Assembly: GCA_963733055.1 (NCBI GenBank)
Contig: CAVTBR010000001.1
Location: 608,001-672,000 of the forward strand
Length of the DNA: 64,000 nucleotides
Source: Candidatus Bathyarchaeota archaeon
GTDB lineage: Archaea > Thermoproteota > Bathyarchaeia > 40CM-2-53-6
Direction: 5' to 3'
Translations under genes and position numbers: made by a program
Shown: positions 28,270 through 37,600 of the stretch, in pieces
Numbering within the stretch: position 1 is the first letter of the stretch
How the letters are laid out: each line of letters opens with the position of its first letter
Notes under the pieces: model-generated
Database searches by the model: none
The model's input: the letters and a program-made list of their open reading frames with translations, nothing else
What the model was told of the DNA's origin: nothing

Positions 28270-29145
28270 GACATCTCGAACAAACGCCTGCAACGCTTGA
28301 TCCAATTCCATCGGCTTCTCCCTGAGGACATCTCGAGCTTTCGTTACGTTTAAGGACGAATCCAGAGGTCTCTTCGCGATCCAGCTTGAAGAATCTGACT
28401 TAACTGGGGTCACTAGTTTCGGATCGAAATTTAGTTGCATCGCCAACTTTATTGCGAAATCGTACCGGCTCGCTCTCGTCGCGCCCGCAACGTGAATCAA
28501 CCCTCGCGTACCCCGCTCACCAAGATCTAGGACCATGCTCGCGAGATTCGTGTTGAGCGTCGGGCTCGCGAATTGATCTGACACAACATTGACACGCTCT
28601 CCCTTGCTTAGCTTACCGTAAAGCCACGTCCCAAAATTTGGCCTGAACGCACGTCCCCAACCGAAAACAACGCTCGCTCTAGCCACACAAGTATTCTCAT
28701 GCTTCATGACCAACTGTTCTCCGAGAAGCTTCGACGAGCCATATTCGTTAACGGGCGCGGGGGAATCATTCTCATTGTAGTTCCCCTTGGTTCCATCGAA
28801 AACGTAGTCGGTAGACATCTGAACAAGGAATGCGTTGACCTTGTCGCATACATCAGCGAGTATCCCGGCCGCCGAACCGTTGACACTCCTAGCCAGTTCC
28901 GGTTCGCGTTCGCACAGATCAACATCAGTGACTGAAGCGGTGTTAACAACTACCCCGGGCCTTTCCTTTTGAACGCATTCGTTCACTGATCTTTCATCCG
29001 TGATGTCCAGATGGACTGCCCTTCCGCTCTCGGGTTTATGTTCGCGGTAGATTGAGCACACGTTGTAACCCTTCTCCGTAGCCTGCTTGACGAGCGCGTG
29101 TCCCAGCAGTCCGCTAGCGCCCGTTATGAGAATCTTAGTTACCAT
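28264..29145 (-). CDS. rmlD: dTDP-4-dehydrorhamnose reductase
   Basis: [44 protein letters not shown]. Confidence 0.94.
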   Translation of the reverse strand: MVTKILITGASGLLGHALVKQATEKGYNVCSIYREHKPESGRAVHLDITDERSVNECVQKERPGVVVNTASVTDVDLCEREPELARSVNGSAAGILADVCDKVNAFLVQMSTDYVFDGTKGNYNENDSPAPVNEYGSSKLLGEQLVMKHENTCVARASVVFGWGRAFRPNFGTWLYGKLSKGERVNVVSDQFASPTLNTNLASMVLDLGERGTRGLIHVAGATRASRYDFAIKLAMQLNFDPKLVTPVKSDSSSWIAKRPLDSSLNVTKARDVLREKPMELDQALQAFVRDVS

Positions 29146-30155
29146 TTGCTTTTCCACGGTGCAGAACTCAGCACACGCTCATTCAGCAAGGGTCGCCACC
29201 ACGCCTCATTCTTAACGTACCACGCCACCGTCTCTCGCAAACCATCCTCGAAACCCCGCTTCGGCGTCCACCCCAACTCATCCCTCGCCTTCGACGCATC
29301 CAACCAGTAACGCACATCATGTCCAGGCCTATCCTCAACATGCTCGATGAGTTTCTCGGGCTTAGCAAGCAACTTCAGAACTTGCTTGACCACGTGTTCG
29401 TTCTCGACCTGGTTTCCGCCACCAATATTGTAAACCTCCCCCGACCGCCCCTTTTCGAGAACTCGGTCAAGTGCTTCGCAATGGTCTTGAACGTGAATCC
29501 AATCCCTAACCTGCCTCCCCGAACCGTAGACCGGCACCCTGCGGTTTTGGATAGCCAGGATCACGGTTTTGGGTATGAACTTCTCCGGGAACTGGAAGGG
29601 ACCGAAGTTGTTTGTGCATCGAGTAATCAGGGTCGACAATCCGTACGTCTTACGGTAAGCCCTTACCAGCATCTCCGCAGCTGCTTTGGAAGCCGAGTAA
29701 GGAGATGAAGGATTCAACGCGTCCTCCTCCTTGAACGCCCGCCCACCATCCGCGGAACCATACACCTCGTCTGTAGAAACCTGCAGAAACTTTACGTCAC
29801 GTTTTCTGCATGATTCGAGAAGCGTCAAGACACCATTCGTGTTGCTATCCAGAAATGATTGGGGACTCGCGATACTGCGGTCAACGTGAGATTCCGCAGC
29901 AAAATTAACCACAACCTCCACGTTCGCGGCTGCCTCCTCCACGAGCTTAGCGTCGCAGATGTCCCCCTTAACGAAACTGTAATTTCTTCGTCCCTCCAGA
30001 TCCTTCAGATTAGCGGGATTGGAACCGTAACTCAACTTGTCCAGGTTAACAACCTGAACCTTGGGTTGAGTGGGCATTAAATGGTGGATGTAGTTCGAAC
30101 CGATGAATCCCATCCCACCCGTAACGAGGAGACGCGCCAATGGTTTCCGGCTCAC
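29139..30155 (-). CDS. rmlB: dTDP-glucose 4,6-dehydratase
   Basis: TGGMGFIGSN, FAAESHVDRSI, VSTDEVYGS, PSSPYSASK, DRPGHDVRY. Confidence 0.96.
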   Translation of the reverse strand: MSRKPLARLLVTGGMGFIGSNYIHHLMPTQPKVQVVNLDKLSYGSNPANLKDLEGRRNYSFVKGDICDAKLVEEAAANVEVVVNFAAESHVDRSIASPQSFLDSNTNGVLTLLESCRKRDVKFLQVSTDEVYGSADGGRAFKEEDALNPSSPYSASKAAAEMLVRAYRKTYGLSTLITRCTNNFGPFQFPEKFIPKTVILAIQNRRVPVYGSGRQVRDWIHVQDHCEALDRVLEKGRSGEVYNIGGGNQVENEHVVKQVLKLLAKPEKLIEHVEDRPGHDVRYWLDASKARDELGWTPKRGFEDGLRETVAWYVKNEAWWRPLLNERVLSSAPWKSKW

Positions 30156-30252
30156 AAACGCAAGTTCGTATGCTTGACGCCTAACCTAAGGGGCGTATCC
30201 ACAAAAAGCTTCCCGGTATTAGGAAACGATTACGTTTCCAGCCATCACTCTC

Positions 30253-30870
30253 TTACTCGATTGAGAGTAGTGCTTGGGCGGAGTCTCCGCCGCTTCCCGT
30301 AACTTGAATCACATACTGTCCGGGCAAAATGTTTCCGACCGTGAAGCTACCGTGCGGTGTCCCGCTCCCGGCTTGTATGACGCACGCCACCGTCCCGGCT
30401 AGGACGACGTTGGGTGTTGGGCTAGAGATAGTACACGTTGTGTCTGTGGGTAGGAAGCCGCTGGCTATGACCAAAACGTCCACGCCGGGTTGGGCGGTTG
30501 CCGGGCTTAACCCAACCTGAGCGCCACCCGTAACCGTGAGGAGCGCTTGGGCGAAATCTCCCTGATTTCCTGCCGCCTGAATGACATAAGCGCCGGGTAG
30601 AACGTTTCCAATCGTGAAACCTCCCGAAACCGACCCTCCCGAGGTCACGCATGCTGATGAGGTAATCACGCCGGGGTTAGATGGGCTGGAGAAGTAACAG
30701 GCCGTATCGGTGGGCAGAAAACCTGACCCATTGATTCCAATCTGCAAACCAACATTCCCGCTTCCTGAACTTAACCCGATGACGGGCGAGGATTCTATAC
30801 TTGCAAGGGTCACCACTTCAACGGACACCAGTAAAACACTAATGAAGATCAACGCAACGACGAGTCTCAA
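30253..30870 (-). CDS. Secreted protein with two tandem Ig/IPT-like repeats, each with a Cys pair
   Basis: GFLPTDTxC..SSP...AC...G.FTxGNxLPGxYVIQ..G..GD.AQALL occurs twice. Confidence 0.72.
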   Translation of the reverse strand: MRLVVALIFISVLLVSVEVVTLASIESSPVIGLSSGSGNVGLQIGINGSGFLPTDTACYFSSPSNPGVITSSACVTSGGSVSGGFTIGNVLPGAYVIQAAGNQGDFAQALLTVTGGAQVGLSPATAQPGVDVLVIASGFLPTDTTCTISSPTPNVVLAGTVACVIQAGSGTPHGSFTVGNILPGQYVIQVTGSGGDSAQALLSIE

Positions 30871-31077
30871 ACAAACTCAACATACTCTTGACGTTCACTA
30901 AGAACTATTAGTTGTTGTGCTCTTGGGAAAAGCTTTTGTCCATGGTGGAAAACCGCTCAAAGCGTTCATTCATCCATTCCACTTGTAATCAAATCGGTTG
31001 ACCAACTCAATCAAAGTTCTACTCGGCCCGCGAAGGCTCAGGTTACCGAAGTTCGTTTCACAGAACCAGATGTCGTT

Positions 31078-32421
31078 TCAAACACTATAGAGTTGAGACA
31101 GGTAAATCAACCCTCCCAAATCCAAGCAAAAGATCAATATTACTAACAGGATTGGAAACAAGCTCACATTTCGAACAAACCGCTTACCGAACTCACGCAA
31201 TCCCTCTACAAGAAGTACACTTATCGCCGAGATTGCCGGGAACATGTAGCGTCCTTGAGGATCATCGAAGTGGAGGTTGAAATAAATGATGCCTCCCAGA
31301 ACGATCAACACACCCATTATGCACGCGCCCAGCAACAGAAGACGGGTTCTATCTTTGTTATAGCTCACCTTCAGCGAACATGCTACGCCAACTAACGCAA
31401 AACCTGATAATAACGCCAAAACAAAATACGTATCTCTTGGCGCCCAAATGTTCATCCAACCAAAGGCGAACCAAAAACTCCGAAAAAGAACCTCGAAGAA
31501 TCCTCCGCCTGTGAAGAATGTAGATGAAAAGCTTCTCACCGGTCTCGGAAATCTTGTAAAGCTCCCGTAGAGGATGAACGCATCAAGATAATACCACCCG
31601 GCCACCAACAGCATTGCACCAACAGACATTACCGCACTTACCGCGAGTTTGCGACTGTTTCCGACCTTCAAGAAATAACGCTTTGCGACAAGGGACGCTG
31701 GGGCTAATAGCAGCAAAAAAGCTCCATTGTATTTCGTTAGCATCGCCGCGCCACCCGCTAACCCGCACTTCAAATTTGTCCCGAAACTGAAGTCCCGAGA
31801 GTATAGTTCTACGAGGAGAAAATAGAGGGATAATGCGGAAAAGAAACTCACCATCGAATCATAGTTCAACGCGCTTGACATGAAGGTAAACTGCGGAATG
31901 AACGCGTTTGTGGCTGCTGCAAGCAAAGCAAACCTCAATTCTCCGCGAAAAACGACCTTGCCAATCAAAAATGTCACAAAGACCGTACCTAGACCAAACA
32001 ATACTGATACGAGACGCAGCGCATGAAACGTCAACACATCCGATGATGAGAGGTTTCTGTCAAAAGTTGAATGATTAAAGAACGTGAACTTTTGAGGGCT
32101 ATAACCTTGAGACTTAAGCGGCAAATAGAGCGGCCCGGCACCAGAAAGATAGAGCAAAGCAGCCAACGTTGCGTGGTATAGGGGGGGGTACAGCCCAAGA
32201 GGAAGATGGTGCAGGTTAGCGTCAAATATCGTGCGGTTAACATAATAGTAGTCAACGCGAGCCAAATGCGCAGGCTCATCCGGCGCCTCAAAAATTGGAA
32301 CTACGAAACTGTAAGAGGTTGCCAGGACGCCGAAAAGTAGAAGGAGGAGCACGAGAAGAGATGTCTGAACAGGGACCCGCTGCGCTAAGGACAGAACTGC
32401 AACCATCCAACTTGGTCGCAA
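31078..32421 (-). CDS. GT-C fold membrane glycosyltransferase (ArnT/GT39-like)
   Basis: PDEPAH loop, YPPLYH, LRLVS, NYD, LTKYNG, QGRYMFP; about 11 TM segments. Confidence 0.78.
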   Translation of the reverse strand: MRPSWMVAVLSLAQRVPVQTSLLVLLLLLFGVLATSYSFVVPIFEAPDEPAHLARVDYYYVNRTIFDANLHHLPLGLYPPLYHATLAALLYLSGAGPLYLPLKSQGYSPQKFTFFNHSTFDRNLSSSDVLTFHALRLVSVLFGLGTVFVTFLIGKVVFRGELRFALLAAATNAFIPQFTFMSSALNYDSMVSFFSALSLYFLLVELYSRDFSFGTNLKCGLAGGAAMLTKYNGAFLLLLAPASLVAKRYFLKVGNSRKLAVSAVMSVGAMLLVAGWYYLDAFILYGSFTRFPRPVRSFSSTFFTGGGFFEVLFRSFWFAFGWMNIWAPRDTYFVLALLSGFALVGVACSLKVSYNKDRTRLLLLGACIMGVLIVLGGIIYFNLHFDDPQGRYMFPAISAISVLLVEGLREFGKRFVRNVSLFPILLVILIFCLDLGGLIYLSQLYSV

Positions 32422-32502
32422 ATGTCAAGTGAGGTTAATAGATTTCCCTTACCGTATGACTACCATCCGAAACTCGGGCGGAAACTTTGGGCGCGGCCAA
32501 AG

Positions 32503-33501
32503 CTAAAGTCCACGAATCTCAGCAGTTAATCGCGCCGCGAGTTCTCGGGTTGGGAACTCCGCTGTATTGATGAATTCCGTTTTTGAGAAACGTTTGAGGC
32601 TGAACTCGTAAACTCCTTTGTTCTTGTGATACGAATTGGGCAATAGGTATGTCTCCCTACCGAGTATGGACGACAGAATAGAGACATGCAAGCGATCGGT
32701 AAACACCTTTGAAGCGTGCGCTACGACCTCAACAAAAGTGCGGAAGTTAGGAAGCAAATTCGCATCTCCGAAGCGTACCGAGGCCTTTGGCCATATCTCC
32801 CACATCATACTCAGATTCCAATTCACGATTGATTCTCTATCGAGACGCGGGGCAACAAGTACGTGATCGTTCTCAGGCTTAGTGCCAAAGTCGGCGGCGG
32901 ACATGTAAAACGCCGCGTCCGGGGAGCATCCGATCCGAACGTTCCTTGAGAACGCCAAAGCCTTGAGGAGAGTATAACTTGGGACTTCACGACAGAAAAG
33001 GTGGATTTCCTTCCCTAACCTTGACACCATTTCTTCTAAGTAGTCCGATCTGTTGGGGAGGAATGATTGGGGGGCAAATATGATAGGAGCGTCCGGATTC
33101 TTCCTTGCAATGGGGAGGATAGCTGCTAATGCTCTGTAACCTTTCCAGACATCATTCAAGTATGCTCCCCCGTTCATCACGATCGCATCAAAACCTCCGA
33201 TCACAGTAGGACTAGCCACGGGACGACTTCTTCCCCGCCTGATCGTTCTCTCGAGAACGTCTGGGCGACATGAAACTAAGACGGTTTGAAGCGAGGGAAA
33301 CACTTTCTCAGCCAAATCAAATGCGGAGCGAAATATGTTTCTGCCAATTTCAAGGCGCAAAATACTGTGCTTTATTTCGAGACTTGTGATTTGCTTCCTT
33401 ATACCCATGAAGATGAGTTTGTCGCCGAATCCTCCCCCGGGGTCAACCAACAGTATATGCGAACCACGGTATCTCGCCAGTATCCGTTGAAACGGGTCCA
33501 T
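32503..33501 (-). CDS. Polysaccharide pyruvyltransferase family protein
   Basis: GGFGDKLI, NGGAYLNDVW, PQSF, FCRE..SY, PDAAF, TDRLHVSILS..LG, NSYHKNKGVYE. Confidence 0.88.
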   Translation of the reverse strand: MDPFQRILARYRGSHILLVDPGGGFGDKLIFMGIRKQITSLEIKHSILRLEIGRNIFRSAFDLAEKVFPSLQTVLVSCRPDVLERTIRRGRSRPVASPTVIGGFDAIVMNGGAYLNDVWKGYRALAAILPIARKNPDAPIIFAPQSFLPNRSDYLEEMVSRLGKEIHLFCREVPSYTLLKALAFSRNVRIGCSPDAAFYMSAADFGTKPENDHVLVAPRLDRESIVNWNLSMMWEIWPKASVRFGDANLLPNFRTFVEVVAHASKVFTDRLHVSILSSILGRETYLLPNSYHKNKGVYEFSLKRFSKTEFINTAEFPTRELAARLTAEIRGL

Positions 33502-33795
33502 CGAGCAATCCTCTTTGTTCGCGGCTGTCCTGGATGCGGTTGTTCTTCCTTCTATAGAAAACCAAAATACTAAATCATTCGTTTCGACAGAGACAGGGGC
33601 TTGAACACTTCCGAAATCGCATTTGGCACGCGAGGAGATATTTCGACTCGACTCAAGTCGACTGCGTAAAGAGAACTAACAATTTTGTCACCAGATGTGT
33701 GGATGTTGGGAGGATTATTGGAGGATTCAAGTGGAATCTTCTACATACGACCTTGAATAGACCAATGGTGATGGCAGCCAAGGAGAATCGCGCAT

Positions 33796-34512
33796 TTGTC
33801 AAAGAGAGGTCCTTCAAAGATTATTGTGGTTATCCCCGCCTTTAACTCACAAGAAACGGTAGGGCAAGTCATCGACATGATCCCGAAACCGCCAGTCAGC
33901 GAAGTGATTGTTGTAGATGACGGGAGTCTGGATGAAACGTACGAGAGAGCAATCGGGAAAAGGGCTATAGCGTTGAAGCATCCAAGGAACTTGGGATACG
34001 GCGCTGCCCAGAAAACCTTGTTCAAGGAAGCACTGAGAAGACAAGCGGATGTTGTTGTACTTCTTCACGACGATTTGCAGTATTCGCCGGCGCTAATTCC
34101 TCAGATGTGTGCACCTATCATCGGAGGCGAAGCGGATGTTGTTCTGGGAACGAGAAGGCGTATGATTCATGGAGGGATGCCGATTTGGCGGTACATAGGT
34201 AACAGAGTTTTAACATTCGTCGAGAACTTCGTCCTTCACCTGCAACTGACGGAGTTTCACACGGGCTATCGAGTCTTCTCAGCAAGCGCGTTGACTTCGT
34301 TGGACTTCGATTCTTTATCGAATGACTTTAACTTTGACAGTCAAATAATCTTTTCACTGGTTGACAAAGGAATCAAGATAGTGGAAATGCCAATCCCTAC
34401 GCTATATGGTGAGGGGAGTTCTTCTATCCATCCCTTCAAAGCCGTAAAGTACGGGATCCAGATTCTATTCATGGCACTGAAACGGATTCTACATAATGTC
34501 AGGCTGGTCTGA
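33796..34512 (+). CDS. GT2, Dol-P-sugar synthase-like
   Basis: VVIPAFN, VVDDGS, NLGYGAAQKT, HDDLQY, EFHTGYRVFS. Confidence 0.88.
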   Translation: MSKRGPSKIIVVIPAFNSQETVGQVIDMIPKPPVSEVIVVDDGSLDETYERAIGKRAIALKHPRNLGYGAAQKTLFKEALRRQADVVVLLHDDLQYSPALIPQMCAPIIGGEADVVLGTRRRMIHGGMPIWRYIGNRVLTFVENFVLHLQLTEFHTGYRVFSASALTSLDFDSLSNDFNFDSQIIFSLVDKGIKIVEMPIPTLYGEGSSSIHPFKAVKYGIQILFMALKRILHNVRLV

Positions 34513-34580
34513 CTGAACGATCAGATGACTATGCCCTTCAAGAGTGCTCCATGGCACATGCCTGCGTCAGTTAATGTGGA

Positions 34581-36080
34581 TTATAATGAGTGCGTCTGGC
34601 GAGTTGTTCGTTCATCTCGGAAGTTGTGAACTAGGTCTTCATGGTTCTTATTGATTCGTTTCAGGCTCATCACCAACCACCAAGTTTCGACCAGAAGGAG
34701 TAGCAATGTAACGGCGAGAGCCGGGGGGCCTAGCCAATTGTATAGGAGTAAATCCAATCTCGCACCCGACCAGAGAAGATCCCAACTTCCACGAACTTGG
34801 GAAAACTCTGGCATCCAGATTCCTGGATAGAACCTGGGGAAAACTCCCATTTGGGGGGCTGCATTGAAAGCGCCGATGCTCCCCAAGTACCCCATAACGG
34901 AGGCAAAATTGATCAACACACCCATAAGGTTCGAGAATACGCCAATCGCGGTCGCTGAAACAATGACGATGATGCGCAATATTGAACGCGTAGCTGATTC
35001 GATGAATGGAGCCACGCCAAGGATGAGATAAGGCATCGTCGGAACAAGGTAACGTGCTCCCCAAGCCCACCACCCATCCCAATAGTTGTATCTCGAGTAG
35101 AAAAGAAGATTTGCGAGAAATATCCAAACAAAGATGAACCTTGCCCAGTTGTTGTCTCGCCTACTGATGAGTAGAGTGAAGATTCCGAGAGCCGAGAGTG
35201 GGTAGTAGATGAAGATACCTTCTCCCGAACTAAACAACATGCCGAAAATTCCGATGAGAGGGTTTGTCCCATAGACTGCTTGATTAGCGACCGATGAAAG
35301 CGCTCCGTACCCGAAAGAAAGGGCGGACCCGAACCTTACCACGTTAAGATATGCGTACACTAATCCTCCGATCACTACTGGAGTCAGGTAGAGCGCGGTT
35401 GTTACTAAGCGCTGACGAAGATTGACGTGCGGTTTCAAAACGACGTACGCTAAGAGGCAAGGAAGTGCGAGAATCTGAGTTATTGCCGCGAAGACCGTGA
35501 CTGTTGAGAAAAAGCCTGACAGAACTGTTGACTGATTAGGTTGATTTGAGCCCAGGAGAAAGTATACTGCGATTAACAGCATCAATGATGCTGTGGGCAG
35601 TTCAAAGAAGGTTTTTGAATAAGGCCAAGCCAGCGTTGCGGTTCCATACAGTACGCTAAGTAACACACTGAGTGTGGCCGTTCTTCCAAGTCTTCGAGAT
35701 ATCAGATAGACAAGGCACACACTAGCTGAGGTGATCGTAGGAGAATACAGTAGGGTCACAACTCTCCATTGTTCGAGGTGCAGCAGTGTGCCTAGCACGA
35801 AAAGAGGCAGTGCTAAGAAAGGCTCTAGAAGGCCGTGTTGCGAGTAAATATGTCCATTAAGCGTGCCGCCGAAGCTCTGAATTAATGGCTGCGCGAAGGC
35901 TATGTTCAGCGAGCCTTTTTCAACGATGGCTTGCGTCGTCGCGTAGCTGAGTATTTCGTCGGGATTGTAAAAATGCCCTCCGGCGGTGAACACATACAAG
36001 GTAAGGAAAATGAAGAAGAGGGCAATTACGGGGTCCAGAAGGAACAAACGACGAATCTTTGAGATCAGTAGGAAGGTCAA
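34581..36080 (-). CDS. GT-C-like polytopic membrane glycosyltransferase
   Basis: NPDE in first loop, AWPYSKTFFE, N..RFGS...GY, GIFIYYP, WGARYLVP. Confidence 0.72.
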   Translation of the reverse strand: MTFLLISKIRRLFLLDPVIALFFIFLTLYVFTAGGHFYNPDEILSYATTQAIVEKGSLNIAFAQPLIQSFGGTLNGHIYSQHGLLEPFLALPLFVLGTLLHLEQWRVVTLLYSPTITSASVCLVYLISRRLGRTATLSVLLSVLYGTATLAWPYSKTFFELPTASLMLLIAVYFLLGSNQPNQSTVLSGFFSTVTVFAAITQILALPCLLAYVVLKPHVNLRQRLVTTALYLTPVVIGGLVYAYLNVVRFGSALSFGYGALSSVANQAVYGTNPLIGIFGMLFSSGEGIFIYYPLSALGIFTLLISRRDNNWARFIFVWIFLANLLFYSRYNYWDGWWAWGARYLVPTMPYLILGVAPFIESATRSILRIIVIVSATAIGVFSNLMGVLINFASVMGYLGSIGAFNAAPQMGVFPRFYPGIWMPEFSQVRGSWDLLWSGARLDLLLYNWLGPPALAVTLLLLLVETWWLVMSLKRINKNHEDLVHNFRDERTTRQTHSL

Positions 36081-36198
36081 TGCTTAGCGTTCCCCAAGAA
36101 ATAATTGGATGATGTCAGGTTTATGCCAACGGCATACACGAACGCTTTCAAGCATATCACTTCATTCGGGTAGTTACCTTTCCGAAGGTGATTGGAAG

Positions 36199-37239
36199 CT
36201 ACTGGGAGGTGATTGGGGGGATCGTTGAAGGGATCAATCGTTGTGTCTTGTTCCTATAAGGCATCAGGTTCCTACACAACGCGACGGGTAGCGTTGCACC
36301 ATAGCACAAGTGCATAAGAATGATAGTTAACCAGACTAATGGTTGAAATCGCAAACTAAGAAGTGAGTTTCTGGTAGATTGAAGAGAGGCCACGAATGTG
36401 AACGTAAGATACGCGACGATTGTAGTGACTAAGGTATAGAATACAATCTTTGCTGTGAAGTATGCGAATGGAAGTGCTAGGATGAGGAGGACAAGAATAC
36501 TGGGAATAGCGGTAGTTAATCTGAGACTCTTCGGGTATTTCCTGATAAGAACCGCTCGCCCTTTGGCGTAGGACGATATCTGAGTTAGGAAAGGCCGAAT
36601 GATACCCCTTCTGTGATGGAAGACGACACAGTTTGGAGCGTACAAGACCGTGTACCCTCTCCTCTTAATTCTCCAAATAAGTTCGTTTTCCTCGCATGGG
36701 TAGATCGTCCGGTCAAAATAGCCAACGGTTTGCAGGGTGGAGCGTCGAAGGAATATGTTGCACGTACTCAGATTTTGTTCCCCCACCTCGCATATTTCTC
36801 CAAACCTAGAAGAGTAGCGACTTGAAGACGAGTAGGTGCCAACAATCGATTCAAGCGCGGCCCCCGCACATTTGCACAACGGCGCATCATCATTGTGAGT
36901 GATACCGGGCCCACCAACAATCGCCACTTTCGGATCTTCAAAGAGCTGCATAACCGCAGTCGCCCAGTCCTCATTCACAACGCAGTCATCGTCGGTAAAC
37001 GCAATAATTGCTCCCGTAGTCGAAGTGATTCCGAGATTACGCGCTTCCGAGATGCTAAGGTTTGGAGCGACCAGAACACGCACACGGCTATCGTGAAGTA
37101 TCGATGAATCCTTGATCGCTTTGTTCGATACGACCACAATTTCCGTAATGCCTTCCACCTTTAGAAGGGATGAGATGGTTTCACCCAGGGATTCCTTGAC
37201 GCCGATGGTTGGGACTACAACGGAGATTTTTGTACTCAA
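36199..37239 (-). CDS. GT2 glycosyltransferase with C-terminal TM helices
   Basis: SVVVPT, SEARNLG, AFTDDDC, EENEL, VFHHRR; hydrophobic C-terminus. Confidence 0.88.
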   Translation of the reverse strand: MSTKISVVVPTIGVKESLGETISSLLKVEGITEIVVVSNKAIKDSSILHDSRVRVLVAPNLSISEARNLGITSTTGAIIAFTDDDCVVNEDWATAVMQLFEDPKVAIVGGPGITHNDDAPLCKCAGAALESIVGTYSSSSRYSSRFGEICEVGEQNLSTCNIFLRRSTLQTVGYFDRTIYPCEENELIWRIKRRGYTVLYAPNCVVFHHRRGIIRPFLTQISSYAKGRAVLIRKYPKSLRLTTAIPSILVLLILALPFAYFTAKIVFYTLVTTIVAYLTFTFVASLQSTRNSLLSLRFQPLVWLTIILMHLCYGATLPVALCRNLMPYRNKTQRLIPSTIPPITSQ

Positions 37240-37384
37240 TTCTCATCGAGGCTTCAACGTTTGATTTCGGTTCTAATCATCGATTGCCCAGATTAGGAAT
37301 CGTTTGTTGGTTAGTATATTGAAACTTCGTCCCGAACTAGTATATTAGAACGAGGCACGCGCCAAAGAATGAAAGCAGGAGCTA

Positions 37385-37402
37385 TCTCGCGGCCTCCTAT
37401 CA
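37385..37402. repeat. 18-bp perfect direct repeat copy 1 (tctcgcggcctcctatca), downstream of the radical SAM gene
   Basis: Identical to 39832-39849. Confidence 0.9.
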
Positions 37403-37600
37403 TATGCTTACCAGCACATCACAAAGCAAGACTCCAAATAAGCCATCCTCACGCGAGGGCGATTTCGGCACTAACCTGATCCGTGAGATATAGTACCTTG
37501 GCAAACGTTTGCAAATGTCAACCGGTAGCATAGCAGAAGTATAGGGCACAGTCGAAGAACACGTTCCCGCGAAAACCGATTCCATTGCATAGGATGTAGC

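Noticed and set aside
37400-37600. Short ORFs (61 aa and 39 aa) downstream of the radical SAM as RiPP precursors
   Set aside because: No leader/core character or compositional bias, and no clear ribosome-binding context; they look like chance ORFs
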